Shown: positions 8,706 through 18,688 of the stretch, one piece after another | Layout of the letters: every line of letters starts with the position of its first letter | Position numbering within the stretch: the first letter of the stretch is position 1 | Virus record (IMG/VR): IMGVR_UViG_3300012933_000191 | Span: 1-37,528 of that record | Length of the DNA stretch: 37,528 nucleotides | Reading direction: 5' to 3' (one strand) | Source: a virus | Taxonomy: Duplodnaviria; Caudoviricetes | The notes under the pieces: model-generated | What the model was told of the DNA's origin: nothing | The model's input: the letters and a program-made list of their open reading frames with translations, nothing else | The model's database searches: none | Translations under genes and position numbers: made by a program

Positions 8706-9035
8706 ATGGATGCCTATCAATATATTACAGAAGGCATCACTCATCATTTCTCCGATGGGTTGTATGCTAAGGAAATGACATTCCCAGCAGGGGCCGCTGT
8801 TGTTAAACATGTCCATGAATTCAGCCATTTGTCCATTTTAGCTAAAGGCAAAGTGGAAGTGCTGTTAGAGAATGGCGATAAGAGAACATTCACAGCTCCA
8901 GCTTGTATTGAAATTAAAGCAGGTGTCTATCACGGTGTAACAGCTTTGACAGAATGTACATGGTTTTGTATTCACGCTACAGATGAGAAAGACCCAAACA
9001 AAGTGGATAACGTATTAATTAAAGGAGCAGCGTAA
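8706..9035 (+). CDS. Cupin-domain protein
   Basis: HHFSDGLYAKE...H.H...H.SILAKG...H cupin metal-binding pattern. Confidence 0.75.
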   Translation: MDAYQYITEGITHHFSDGLYAKEMTFPAGAAVVKHVHEFSHLSILAKGKVEVLLENGDKRTFTAPACIEIKAGVYHGVTALTECTWFCIHATDEKDPNKVDNVLIKGAA

Positions 9036-9910
9036 TGGCTATTACAGCAGCAGCAATTGTAGGAGGTAGTTCCATTCTTGGTGGGATGATGGCAAACGAA
9101 GCAGCAGGCAAGAGTGCAGCAGCTCAACTGGAAGCTGCCCGTATAGCAGCAGACAGTGCTAAGTTTAAACCATACAGTATTACATCTGGTTTTGGTACAG
9201 GCTATTTCGATACAGCGAATAATAAGGCTAGTTATGAAATTGATCCACGTTTAGCTGCCTTTAGAGATCAGCTATACGGTCAAGCAACACAAACATTAGC
9301 ACAGCTTGGGAGCACAAATCCAGAAGCTGAAGCACAGAAGTATGTCGAGCAGCAAATGGGCTTGTTACAGCCTACCAGAGCTGCCGAAGACTTGGCTAGC
9401 AGACAACGTGCTCTAGGCTCAGGCCGTATTGGTCTTGGTGTTTCTTCTGGTGTTGTTGGTGGTGACGGTGCTGGCTTAGTTAATCCAGACCAGTTTGCTA
9501 CACAGCTTGCACGTGAAAGAGCCAATGCTGAAATTGCAGCACAAGGTACTACATATGGTCAGAATATAATTGATAAGCTTATTGCTCGTGGCACTGGCTT
9601 ATTCAGCTCTGGCGCTGGTATTGAAGAGCTTGGCATGAAGCCTTTGACAATGGGTGCTGATATTGGTAACAAAGCAGCCGTGTCTGGTGCTAATGCTGGT
9701 CAGTTGTTATTGTCAGGCGCAACAAGCGCAGCTAATACTAACTTGGCTGGTAACTTGTCAACTGCTAATATGGTTCAATCAGCAGGTAGAACAGCCGGTG
9801 GTATGTTGTATCAACCACAACAGCAGCCTACATGGAATAGTCAGTGGACTCCTAATTATGGTCAATATACACCGGGCAGCGATGCCTATGTTGGCCCAAT
9901 GCCTCAATAA
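9035..9910 (+). CDS. Internal virion / DNA ejection protein
   Basis: Gly/Ala/Gln-rich with hydrophobic N-terminus; first of three genes at the end of the late arm. Confidence 0.6.
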   Translation: MAITAAAIVGGSSILGGMMANEAAGKSAAAQLEAARIAADSAKFKPYSITSGFGTGYFDTANNKASYEIDPRLAAFRDQLYGQATQTLAQLGSTNPEAEAQKYVEQQMGLLQPTRAAEDLASRQRALGSGRIGLGVSSGVVGGDGAGLVNPDQFATQLARERANAEIAAQGTTYGQNIIDKLIARGTGLFSSGAGIEELGMKPLTMGADIGNKAAVSGANAGQLLLSGATSAANTNLAGNLSTANMVQSAGRTAGGMLYQPQQQPTWNSQWTPNYGQYTPGSDAYVGPMPQ

Positions 9911-9918
9911 GGAATAAT

Positions 9919-11019
9919 ATGGCAAGCGATGTTTTAACACTATTCAACATGCCTTCTTCTAAAGAGATTGGCATGAACTATTTAGACAGTCAATCAATTA
10001 GCCCTGCTCAAATGGGCAACCAAGGCTTGCTACAGCAGGTTGTTTCTATGGGCGGTAATGCTGGTGCTGGTATTGGTTATGCTGGTGGCAGGCTCTTCGG
10101 TGGTATGGCTCCTCAAGAAGCACGTGCTAGAGGCATTGAAGAGGCTATGGCTAAGGTGCAAGGCATGGGCATTACAGACGAAGCAGATATGTATGCTTCT
10201 TTGGCTCAGGAGCTTGGTGCTAGAGGTCTGTCTCAAGATGCTATGCAGGCACAACAAGCTGCCCGTAAGGTGCAGGCTGCTAAGAGTCAAATGGCTCTGG
10301 AAGCTGCTCGTACAGCTAAGGAAACAGCTCTTGCTGATAAGGCCCTGAGAGACGAGAAGCTGCCCAGCTTTGGTGCTGAAAGAGAAGCCATTGCAGCTGA
10401 GTTGTATGACACAACCTTTGCTAAGCTCTCTCCTTCACAAAGAGCTGAAGTTAACAAACGTGCTGATGCCTCTGCTGCAAGCAAGAGACAAGTTATTGTC
10501 ATGGGTGAAGGCACACCAAAGCTGTCTGATCTCAACCCAACAGTGTCTCAAGTGCGTAGTGAGTTGAAGCCTTATTCCTCTGCTTATGAAACAGCTGCTG
10601 GTGGCATTAAGCTGCTTGATAGCGGTTCTCCAAAGGCTGAGGCTCAGGTGGACAGAGCATTGGCTACCTTGTCTGGTGATAAACAGCTGTCACAAGCTGA
10701 AGTGATGTCTGTTGTCAGTGCTGGTACATTGCCACAACGTGTTGTTGACAGTGCTTCTAAGTTCTTCGCTGGTACATCGGGTAAACAATCTATTCAAGAG
10801 AAGCGTGATGTGTTGGAAGCCTTTGCTGCGGCAGCTGCTGCTAAACATAACACAGAGCAGGCTAAGCTTGGTCGCATCTATAGCACCTCTCAGCTGTCTA
10901 AAGAACAGGTAAGCTCTCTTATTGGTGAACCTATTAAATTCACTGCCAAGTCTGTTGTTAATAAGCCTCTTACTACTAAGAGTGGTGTAAAATATCAGAT
11001 TTTAGATGAAGGACAATAA
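9919..11019 (+). CDS. Internal virion / ejection protein
   Basis: 366 aa, helical, Ala/Gln-rich; synteny. Confidence 0.55.
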   Translation: MASDVLTLFNMPSSKEIGMNYLDSQSISPAQMGNQGLLQQVVSMGGNAGAGIGYAGGRLFGGMAPQEARARGIEEAMAKVQGMGITDEADMYASLAQELGARGLSQDAMQAQQAARKVQAAKSQMALEAARTAKETALADKALRDEKLPSFGAEREAIAAELYDTTFAKLSPSQRAEVNKRADASAASKRQVIVMGEGTPKLSDLNPTVSQVRSELKPYSSAYETAAGGIKLLDSGSPKAEAQVDRALATLSGDKQLSQAEVMSVVSAGTLPQRVVDSASKFFAGTSGKQSIQEKRDVLEAFAAAAAAKHNTEQAKLGRIYSTSQLSKEQVSSLIGEPIKFTAKSVVNKPLTTKSGVKYQILDEGQ

Positions 11020-13631
11020 TGGCAACATATCTCATTGAAGGCAAGAGAGTACAGGTAGAAGGTCAACTTTCAGAATCAGAAATTGATGAGATTGGTGCTT
11101 CTATCCGTGCTACAACAAAGCCTAAACAAGGCAGCATTGTAGGGGACATTATGCAGGCTGCTAAGATGGGCCTGACTAACCTTCCCTCATTCCTCACAGC
11201 AGGCCAAGCAGAAGCTCAGGGAACATTCGCTGGTGCTTTCCCTTCACAGCCTGAGCTGGCTCCCATCTCCACTGTAGAGGGTGCTAGAAAGGCTATGGGC
11301 GTGCAACGTCAGCCTGCTACAACAGAAGCTGGTAAATATGTTATGCCAATGGTGGAGGCTGTTGCTGACCCATTGAGCTATGCCTATCCCGGCTCCATTC
11401 TACAGAAGGCAGGCACAGCTGCCATTTCAGGTCTTGGAGGCGAAGTTGGTGGTGAACTTGGTGGCATGGCTGAGAAGGCCATTACAGGCGCAGAGAGCGG
11501 TGTTGGTAGAGGCATTGGTGCTGTTACTGGTTCTGTGGGGGCTCCCCTTGCTGGTGCTCCTTTCAAAGTGGCAACAGGTGCGGCTACTAACTTAGGCAAG
11601 CAGCTCTGGTCTAAATATCAAGCAGTGAAGATTGACCCAGCTGGTGCTGAGAATGCCGTGGCTGCTGGTGCTGCTAAGCGTCTCTTGGAGCAGGCAGCTA
11701 AGGCTCAGGGTGCTCAAAACATTGATCAAATCATTGACGACATTAACAAAGCTTCTCAATATGTGACAGGTGATGTATCTCCCTTGCTGGTTAGCATGAG
11801 TACAAACCCTATCATCAAGGAGCAAATTGTACGTCTGGCTAAGACCAATCCACAATATAGAGCACAACTGCAAGACGAGCTGAACAGGGTGGCTCAGGCC
11901 ATTGATAGTAAGGCTAACACCATCTTTGGTGATCGTTTTGCTCCTGTTACAGACACTGGTTTAAACATTGGGAACATTGCCAAGCGTAAAGAGGCTATTA
12001 ATGCTCGTTTAGAGGCCCTTACAGACCCTTTTACAGTGCCGTCTAAGGGAGACATAGGCAAAGCTGTTGAGAACGTTGTAGAGGCTAAAAAGGCCATTGT
12101 AATGAAGGAGATGTCTCCTCAATATGAAGCCCTTAAAACCTCGGCAAGAGAAGCCAATGTGACAATGCCTGCTGACGCTACAGAAGCCTTGTACAGCTTT
12201 GTTGAGACTAACCGCCTGAGAGACATCTTCGGTAGAGGCTCTGCTGCTGATAACAAGGTGTTGTCCATCCTGCGTCCAAAGGAAACCCCTTTGACAGGCG
12301 TAGATGCCAACATTGCTGCCCTTGAGAAGGCTGCTGGTAATGCTCCTGAGACAAACAAAGTGTTTAAGGAGATGACCTTTGATGACGTGGACAGCTTGAA
12401 ACGTCTGATTAACGAGCAACAACGTAAGGTGAGAGACCCTGCTCAGCTGCGTAAGCTTGATGTACTTGAAGAGCAACTGGATGCTGTACGCACTCAGAAC
12501 ATCCCTGAATGGAGTGATAAGCTTAAGAACATTGACTTACAATATTATGAGAAGGTTGGTGTTCCATTCAGTCAAGCTCAGGGCATTAAGGACATTGACA
12601 GTGCTAAGTATGCCTCACAGGTGGCTAACGTCATTGTGAAAGACAGACAAGCCTTGCGTGACTTCGTTAAGGTGGCTGGTAAAGACGGTGTACAGATTGC
12701 TGAGAATGCTGTCATTGCCAAGGCTTACGAAGCTGCTGTTAAGGATGGCTTGTTGTCTGGTAGCAGCCTGTCAAGCTTCATCAAGAAGAATGGCGATGTG
12801 CTCAATGAGATGGAGAAGAACGGCAGCAAGGTTAAAGAGCTGTTGAATAATTCTCTGTTAGATGATAGAGCATTGAAGGCTCAACGAGCACGTCTCGATG
12901 TGCAAGCCAAGGCAGCTGAGAAGCGTGTTGCTGATAACTATTTAACAAAGAACATGGATGAAGGAAGTGCTATTCCTGACTATGCAACTCTGTTAACTGG
13001 TGTATTAAACACAGGCTCTACACGTAATAAGGTGTTGAGAGACCTCAAAGACCTGTCTCCAGAGGCTTCACAGGCCGTTAGAGGCTCTTTGAGAGCTGAG
13101 CTGGCTGATAAGGCTTTGAACGACCCTAGAGGCGGTGTAGCCTTCTTACAAGACCCTAAGAACAGAGCGGGTATTGATGCCATTATGGGCTCAGGCTATC
13201 AAGAGAGCTTGATGAAAATCTCTAAGCTGTCTGATAACTTGAAGAAGGCTGATATTGAACGCCTGTCCTTGGAGCTTGAGAAGAGCAAGGTGGACTCAGT
13301 GGGTTCTAGACTTGCTCAAATGGGAGCGCCGGGCTTGGACATTCCATACATCACATCAACATTACGTGACCGTATTGCTTCTCCAATCCAGAAGGGTGTA
13401 CGTTTGTTGTCTAGAGTTAACGTGGCAAGAACACAAGAGCAGTTTGACCAACAGGTTATGCAGCTTTTGACAGATCCTAATGGGGTTAAGAAGCTTGCTG
13501 GTGTGGCTCAGACAATGGACTTCACCATTAAGAACCCTGTCCAGCTGGAGAAGGTTATGAGCACCTTGTTTGATAGTATGCCAGCTAGTGTGTACATCGG
13601 CCTGCAAGGGGAACAAGGACCAGCTGAATAA
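11019..13631 (+). CDS. Large internal virion / ejection protein
   Basis: 870 aa; glycine-zipper-like N-terminal segments and a long helical body; last late gene. Confidence 0.6.
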   Translation: MATYLIEGKRVQVEGQLSESEIDEIGASIRATTKPKQGSIVGDIMQAAKMGLTNLPSFLTAGQAEAQGTFAGAFPSQPELAPISTVEGARKAMGVQRQPATTEAGKYVMPMVEAVADPLSYAYPGSILQKAGTAAISGLGGEVGGELGGMAEKAITGAESGVGRGIGAVTGSVGAPLAGAPFKVATGAATNLGKQLWSKYQAVKIDPAGAENAVAAGAAKRLLEQAAKAQGAQNIDQIIDDINKASQYVTGDVSPLLVSMSTNPIIKEQIVRLAKTNPQYRAQLQDELNRVAQAIDSKANTIFGDRFAPVTDTGLNIGNIAKRKEAINARLEALTDPFTVPSKGDIGKAVENVVEAKKAIVMKEMSPQYEALKTSAREANVTMPADATEALYSFVETNRLRDIFGRGSAADNKVLSILRPKETPLTGVDANIAALEKAAGNAPETNKVFKEMTFDDVDSLKRLINEQQRKVRDPAQLRKLDVLEEQLDAVRTQNIPEWSDKLKNIDLQYYEKVGVPFSQAQGIKDIDSAKYASQVANVIVKDRQALRDFVKVAGKDGVQIAENAVIAKAYEAAVKDGLLSGSSLSSFIKKNGDVLNEMEKNGSKVKELLNNSLLDDRALKAQRARLDVQAKAAEKRVADNYLTKNMDEGSAIPDYATLLTGVLNTGSTRNKVLRDLKDLSPEASQAVRGSLRAELADKALNDPRGGVAFLQDPKNRAGIDAIMGSGYQESLMKISKLSDNLKKADIERLSLELEKSKVDSVGSRLAQMGAPGLDIPYITSTLRDRIASPIQKGVRLLSRVNVARTQEQFDQQVMQLLTDPNGVKKLAGVAQTMDFTIKNPVQLEKVMSTLFDSMPASVYIGLQGEQGPAE

Positions 13632-13647
13632 GCTGTACCAAGCAACT

Positions 13648-13679
13648 AAAAAGGGGACTATTAAGTCCCCTTTCTTTTT
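13648..13679. terminator. Bidirectional intrinsic terminator at the convergence of both arms
   Basis: AAAAAGGGGACT-ATTA-AGTCCCCTTTCTTTT, with an A tract before and a T tract after. Confidence 0.9.
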
Positions 13680-13857
13680 ATCCCTCTAAGTCGTAGAAGT
13701 CTCCAATGTAGATGGAGAAGAAGGGAATCTTAATTAAAATCCCTTCAAAAGCCACCACTTCTTCCTCTTCTGTATCATCGGCTATAACAATGTGGCAAAT
13801 GTCATCGTTATATTCAATGTCAAAGCCAATACCAACACGTAGGTTAAATACTATCAC
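13678..13857 (-). CDS. Hypothetical acidic protein
   Basis: ORF track 13678..13872; GTG start at 13857 after AAGGAAG. Confidence 0.6.
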   Translation of the reverse strand: MIVFNLRVGIGFDIEYNDDICHIVIADDTEEEEVVAFEGILIKIPFFSIYIGDFYDLEG

Positions 13858-14008
13858 TTTGCTTCCTTTCACATATATTTAAATATGCTGTTACGATTTC
13901 ATTCAGTATCAGAGGACCATATACAATAGCTTCTCTTAATTCAGCCATAAGTTTATCCTCAGCAAGTTGTTGTAAGGCTTCTTCAAGGGCATCGGAATCA
14001 ATTTTCAT
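13844..14008 (-). CDS. Hypothetical protein (54 aa); absent from the ORF track
   Basis: MKIDSDALEEALQQLAEDKLMAELREAIVYG...; GGAGG RBS; fills the gap. Confidence 0.6.
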   Translation of the reverse strand: MKIDSDALEEALQQLAEDKLMAELREAIVYGPLILNEIVTAYLNICERKQSDSI

Positions 14009-14183
14009 CCGTCACCTCCATATAAGGAACTGAACGTACAAAGGGAAACTTCTCTTTAAACGCTTCGATTGTCATGTCCCTGCCTAAGTGAACCTCAACA
14101 AAGTCAATCCCTTCCGAGGCTAGCTTTGTCTTCAGTTGCACACACGCTGGACAGTTGTCTTTTGTGTATACTATTGTCTTCAA
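13998..14183 (-). CDS. grx: Glutaredoxin
   Basis: IVYTKDNCPAC (CxxC) and RSVP cis-Pro motif; near the RNR gene. Confidence 0.9.
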   Translation of the reverse strand: MKTIVYTKDNCPACVQLKTKLASEGIDFVEVHLGRDMTIEAFKEKFPFVRSVPYMEVTDEN

Positions 14184-14371
14184 TGTTTGTTTCCTTTACG
14201 TTTCTGATTGTGCTCATACTCAAGACGAGCTGACATGCCTTGGTAACTTTCACCTGTCACTTTATGAACCATAGGCCCGTGAAAGCCGGGCTTATCTGAT
14301 TTCAGTTCAAACTGTGACATGAAGTCACGCCTTGATTGCTCGTAGTGTGGTACTTCATGTCCCTGTTCCAT
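14180..14371 (-). CDS. Hypothetical protein
   Basis: Start overlaps the RNR stop (TAATG); 63 aa. Confidence 0.55.
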   Translation of the reverse strand: MEQGHEVPHYEQSRRDFMSQFELKSDKPGFHGPMVHKVTGESYQGMSARLEYEHNQKRKGNKH

Positions 14372-16272
14372 TAGATTTCGCAGCCTCCAGCAGTGCAAGC
14401 CAAGGTTTGAACACCTTCAACATTATCATCCATTTCAATCAGGCTATCCCAATCAATAGTGTGTGGTGTTGTGGCTAACAAAGCTTCGTATTGCTCTTGT
14501 GTGCAGTCCTCATAGGGGGCTTGTCGATAACTACCACCATCATAAGGCAAGAAGGAAACACCAGACATTTCATCGAAATATTTCCATACAAAAGCACCAA
14601 CTTCAGGCCACTCATGCTCTGAGACAGAGATGGTGACAGAAGGCTTATGCTCACACCAGTGACGTTGATATGTCAACCAGAGACGCAAATGCTGCAAGGC
14701 TGTCAAGTCTTTACGCAACAAAGCACCTTCTGGAGCCTTCTTGGGGAATGTAAACACAACCGTCTGGTCAGGTTTCATCACACAAGGCTCAGATGTTACT
14801 CCTGCTTCGATGAGGTGTTGAGTAAGCGGGTCTTTTCGGTCTCCACGTACTCGGCGATAGTAGTATTCAGCGTGACGAGCATGAATGCCAGATGCGCTAT
14901 CTGTGAGCTGAGAAACTGTGCCGCTAGGCTTAACACAAGTAATAGCAGCACTGGCAGGAATACCAAGACGCTCAGCCATAAGGGCATTTGTTGCAATACA
15001 AACAGTTTTAATTTCATTTAACAAGGTCTCCAAACGAGGGTCATCAGGGTTGTTCAACAAAGCATTATCAAGAATGCCTGTCATGGATACACCGAGCAAA
15101 CGCTCTTCTTCAGTGTTCTTTTGCCACACCTTACGTAGGTATGGGAAGTGTGTCAATGTGCTCTGGAATGTACCCAGAAGCGATGCTAGACGTGCTTTAC
15201 GCTTCAAGCTCTCAAGGTTGTCTTCGGCACGGACAATGATTTCAGACAAGTTACAGAACTGGTAAGGACGCAGAATGATTTCAGAACATGGATTGGTTCC
15301 GAAGTCAAAGTCAGCATTGCGTCTACCGTTCTGCTTAACCACCTTCTTAGCTGCTTCACGGTTAAAGATGCCACGTTCACCGCTCTTGCTCTCATACAAA
15401 GCATTCCACTCTTGCATGAAAATACCAACATCAGGACGCTCTGTATAGCAGGCACTGTTGTTAGCCAAGGCACGTTGACCGTTCTTCTCCCACCATGCAC
15501 CGCTCTTAGCGTGACGCATACGATCATCAGACAGGTTAGACAAGCTAATCATGGCTGAGCGGCGTACACCGCCTACAACAACAACTTCACCAATCTTACA
15601 CATGATGTCGTGACACTCAAGGCTATTCAGTTTACGGCCCTTAGCACCTTTGAAGATGGCAGAAACAAACTGAAACAACTCAATCAATGGCTCGGGACCA
15701 GAAGCACGACCACCGAAGGTCTTCAAGCGAGCACCTTTAGGACGAACCTTAGACACATCCCATTTTGGGACTTCGCCTGCATAGAGCAAGGCAATGATTT
15801 GACGCAAGCTCTTAGCCCAGCCTTCTTTGCTGTCTGACACTACAACAGTCGTGTTGCTTTCAAACAGCTCTTCTGGAATGTCGGGCAGCTTTTGAATGCT
15901 CTGACGCTCAACAGAGAAACCAACACCAGTACCGCACAGAAGAATATACATAGCCTCGTCAAAGGCTTTAACATCATCAATAGGCAAATAACTGCAATTG
16001 TAACCAGCTGTGTTATCACGCTCCAATGCCTTCCCTGCTGTCATCAAACTACGCATAGAGGGCATCACCTCCATGTTAATCACGGCACTCTGCAACTCAT
16101 CACGCATTGTGTCGCTCAGCGTGTAGTCGTGGTTCTTCTTCAATTGCTCTGACATGAAGTCAAAGTAACGTGAAACGGTTTCTTCCCAGTCCTCACGGCG
16201 TTGTTCACTATCCATGTAACGAGCATATCGACTCTTAGCGATGTATTGCTCATAACTTCCCATATATTTCAT
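14371..16272 (-). CDS. nrdJ: Class II (adenosylcobalamin-dependent) ribonucleotide reductase, monomeric RTPR type
   Basis: YNCS, VVVGGVRRSA, TNPCSEI, CVKPSGTVS and C-terminal ACTAGGCEI; no beta-subunit gene present. Confidence 0.93.
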   Translation of the reverse strand: MKYMGSYEQYIAKSRYARYMDSEQRREDWEETVSRYFDFMSEQLKKNHDYTLSDTMRDELQSAVINMEVMPSMRSLMTAGKALERDNTAGYNCSYLPIDDVKAFDEAMYILLCGTGVGFSVERQSIQKLPDIPEELFESNTTVVVSDSKEGWAKSLRQIIALLYAGEVPKWDVSKVRPKGARLKTFGGRASGPEPLIELFQFVSAIFKGAKGRKLNSLECHDIMCKIGEVVVVGGVRRSAMISLSNLSDDRMRHAKSGAWWEKNGQRALANNSACYTERPDVGIFMQEWNALYESKSGERGIFNREAAKKVVKQNGRRNADFDFGTNPCSEIILRPYQFCNLSEIIVRAEDNLESLKRKARLASLLGTFQSTLTHFPYLRKVWQKNTEEERLLGVSMTGILDNALLNNPDDPRLETLLNEIKTVCIATNALMAERLGIPASAAITCVKPSGTVSQLTDSASGIHARHAEYYYRRVRGDRKDPLTQHLIEAGVTSEPCVMKPDQTVVFTFPKKAPEGALLRKDLTALQHLRLWLTYQRHWCEHKPSVTISVSEHEWPEVGAFVWKYFDEMSGVSFLPYDGGSYRQAPYEDCTQEQYEALLATTPHTIDWDSLIEMDDNVEGVQTLACTAGGCEI

Positions 16273-16424
16273 GTTAATTCCTTTTCTATTTTCTCTGCTT
16301 TGTCATCAATTACATCCATGAACCTGTCTACAAGATCATCACTACTAATGTCTAGTAGTTCCAATATTGTAACACAGTCTTCTCGTCTTAGCAAGTCTGC
16401 AATGTCATTTACAGTGAGACTCAT
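16269..16424 (-). CDS. Small acidic hypothetical protein; absent from the ORF track
   Basis: MSLTVNDIADLLRREDCVTILELLDISSDDLVDRFMDVI...; ATGA overlaps on both sides. Confidence 0.7.
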   Translation of the reverse strand: MSLTVNDIADLLRREDCVTILELLDISSDDLVDRFMDVIDDKAEKIEKELT

Positions 16425-17185
16425 TGTGAATACTTTCGTTGTAAATATTCAATGCTTAAGAACATTTCGTCAAAGTGACCATCTTCCACCTCATTTAACA
16501 CCAACAAGCCTCGCCAATGACGGTTGCTCAGTTGGTCCATATAAGACTCATCATGAAGATAGTAACTACCAGCAATGATAGCACATATTGGCTTACCATC
16601 AGCTCTTTTTCCGTAAGCGATTTGTTTGCCTTGCTGATGCCCAGCAATGCATGACATATGAAGCTTGTTAATAATTGCACCAGCAGTCCCAGCAGGCCTC
16701 CCCATAGCACCAACAGGCCAGTAATGACTAAAGCCAACGCCGTTGATAAATACAGGGTGTAAGAAAGGATGCACTTCCCAATCTTTTTCATATTCTAAGT
16801 CTTTCGTCTTAATTAGGCCTTCAAGCATTGGGTTGTTGTTCACAGCCCTGTCAATGCGATTCTCGTGGTTTCCAAGGGTGAGAACCATGCGGGGCTTATA
16901 CACCTTATGCTTAGTCTCTTTCTGGGTCTTCTGGAGCGTTTTAAGAGGTTCTAGGAGCATTCTCATGCCCTCTTTAGCTGCCTCAATGTCTTTCTGGTAA
17001 CGTAAGCCTTCAAAATACTTACTGCCCTTAATGTCATGGCTTGAGAGACTAGGCATGTCTGCATGGTCTCCCAAGTGGATAACAACATCAGGCTTGTATT
17101 CACAGATTGCTTTACCAGCCCATGTTAGGTGCTCCATTGGAACGCCTTCTTTGACCTGAGTGTCTGGAATAACTAAGATTCTCAT
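16421..17185 (-). CDS. Calcineurin-like metallophosphoesterase
   Basis: IPDTQ, LGDHAD, GNHE and GHQ motifs. Confidence 0.9.
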   Translation of the reverse strand: MRILVIPDTQVKEGVPMEHLTWAGKAICEYKPDVVIHLGDHADMPSLSSHDIKGSKYFEGLRYQKDIEAAKEGMRMLLEPLKTLQKTQKETKHKVYKPRMVLTLGNHENRIDRAVNNNPMLEGLIKTKDLEYEKDWEVHPFLHPVFINGVGFSHYWPVGAMGRPAGTAGAIINKLHMSCIAGHQQGKQIAYGKRADGKPICAIIAGSYYLHDESYMDQLSNRHWRGLLVLNEVEDGHFDEMFLSIEYLQRKYSQ

Positions 17186-17439
17186 TTGTTTACCTCTACC
17201 TTTTCAATTGCAAGCTTCAAGTTAATCAGTTCATCAATGATGAGACCAAGCTTCTTAACTCGTTCAGCTTTCCCTTTATTGTTATGAAAGCTAAGGTCAA
17301 TTGACACAGTTTTATGACAGTCTGCAAGTTTGAAACCAAAGTCTTTATAACTGCTTAAGTCATTAGAAGCAGCACATTCAATGTATGCTGTACCTTCTTT
17401 TGAATTGAGCCACTTACGTGAATAGAATTTCTTATTCAT
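17182..17439 (-). CDS. Hypothetical protein
   Basis: MNKKFYSRKWLN...LADC...L.F; GGAG RBS. Confidence 0.65.
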   Translation of the reverse strand: MNKKFYSRKWLNSKEGTAYIECAASNDLSSYKDFGFKLADCHKTVSIDLSFHNNKGKAERVKKLGLIIDELINLKLAIEKVEVNK

Positions 17440-17680
17440 CAAATTCTCCAATGTGGTAAGGGAAATAGGTCTCGTAGTCATACACATCACCTCCTAAAAG
17501 CTTTGACATCTGTTCAACAACACCAATATAACCAGCACCTTCAAGGAAGTGCAAGAAGAATGGAATCATTTTATCCCATGCAACATCGCTGTCCAGATAG
17601 GTGACTACTTGCGTGTCCTGAACTGACTCGTAGTTGTCATCTACTTCTTTCATTACCAATGTTAAGATTTTCTTTCCCAT
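17432..17680 (-). CDS. Hypothetical protein
   Basis: AAGGA RBS; FLHFLEGAGY motif. Confidence 0.65.
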   Translation of the reverse strand: MGKKILTLVMKEVDDNYESVQDTQVVTYLDSDVAWDKMIPFFLHFLEGAGYIGVVEQMSKLLGGDVYDYETYFPYHIGEFDE

Positions 17681-17689
17681 GTCTTTCCT

Positions 17690-18010
17690 TTAAATAAGTT
17701 TCCACCATTTACCGCTTGCATCTTCATACATGTCATCGTATGTATTTAACAGCCATTCAGTGTTGTCTGCTGGATCAATACAAAACGGTTGACCATTCTC
17801 TTTAAACTTACGTTCAAGAGGGGGTAACTGATCAATTGTAATAATAGGAGGCTCCTCCACAACGGTGGTTGTAGTGGTGGTTGTAGTGGTGATAGTTTCT
17901 TCTTCAACACCACCATCAAAATAAACAGTTTCATTCATAATGCGTACCAAGAAAGTGACAAGAATAATGACAAATAGGATGAGCGCCACAGCAATGAGAA
18001 AGTTAATCAT
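17690..18010 (-). CDS. Membrane-anchored protein with poly-Thr linker
   Basis: MINFLIAVALILFVIILVTFLV TM, poly-Thr linker, small aromatic C-terminal domain; ATGA overlap. Confidence 0.7.
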   Translation of the reverse strand: MINFLIAVALILFVIILVTFLVRIMNETVYFDGGVEEETITTTTTTTTTVVEEPPIITIDQLPPLERKFKENGQPFCIDPADNTEWLLNTYDDMYEDASGKWWKLI

Positions 18011-18675
18011 AAGAAAAGACCTCGCAAAAAGATGATTAGAATAACAATGACCAAGATTAGTGCTGTGAATAATAAAATGTCTTTCATCCATTCACTCACT
18101 GTTTTCTCACGTTCAGCAGGAGGGTGTAAAGCATCTTGAGGGACGGGCTGTGCAACTACAGGACCGTTTGGTGTCTCAGTGAACTGACCGTTCTGGTATG
18201 TACCAACTTGCTGCCCTTGTTGATTAACAACACGACCATCAGGATAGAGCAAAGCGTTGTTACTGTGTGCGCCTCCTCCAGCATACACCACAGTGTTATG
18301 TGGGTGCATCATATTACCAATAATCATGCCTGTTAATAGGCCATTACTGTAACCATAACCCATTCCCATGCCGCCGTAAGCAACACCACCGCCTGACACA
18401 TAGCGTGAAGAAGTGTTCACAGATCGTGTTGTTGTGGTAGTTGTTGTAGTTGTCTTAGGAGCTGCTGTTGGAGCAGGAGATGTAGACGGACGAGGAGCTA
18501 CAGATGGTGCAGGTGCAGGACGTGACACAGACGATGATGACATGCTTCGTCCACCACCTGAACTAGCGTGACCACCACCACCATGACCGCCCCCTCCAGA
18601 AGAGCCGCCACCTTTAGCATCTGCATTGATGATAATGCAGCTTGCTAGTGACAATAAAAGTAAAAGCTTTTTCAT
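18007..18675 (-). CDS. Exported Gly/Ser/Pro/Thr-rich protein with C-terminal TM anchor
   Basis: Signal peptide MKKLLLLLSLASCIIINADA, low-complexity region, glycine zipper and C-terminal ILLFTALILVIVILIIFL. Confidence 0.75.
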   Translation of the reverse strand: MKKLLLLLSLASCIIINADAKGGGSSGGGGHGGGGHASSGGGRSMSSSSVSRPAPAPSVAPRPSTSPAPTAAPKTTTTTTTTTRSVNTSSRYVSGGGVAYGGMGMGYGYSNGLLTGMIIGNMMHPHNTVVYAGGGAHSNNALLYPDGRVVNQQGQQVGTYQNGQFTETPNGPVVAQPVPQDALHPPAEREKTVSEWMKDILLFTALILVIVILIIFLRGLFL

Positions 18676-18688
18676 GTTTTCCTTTGTT

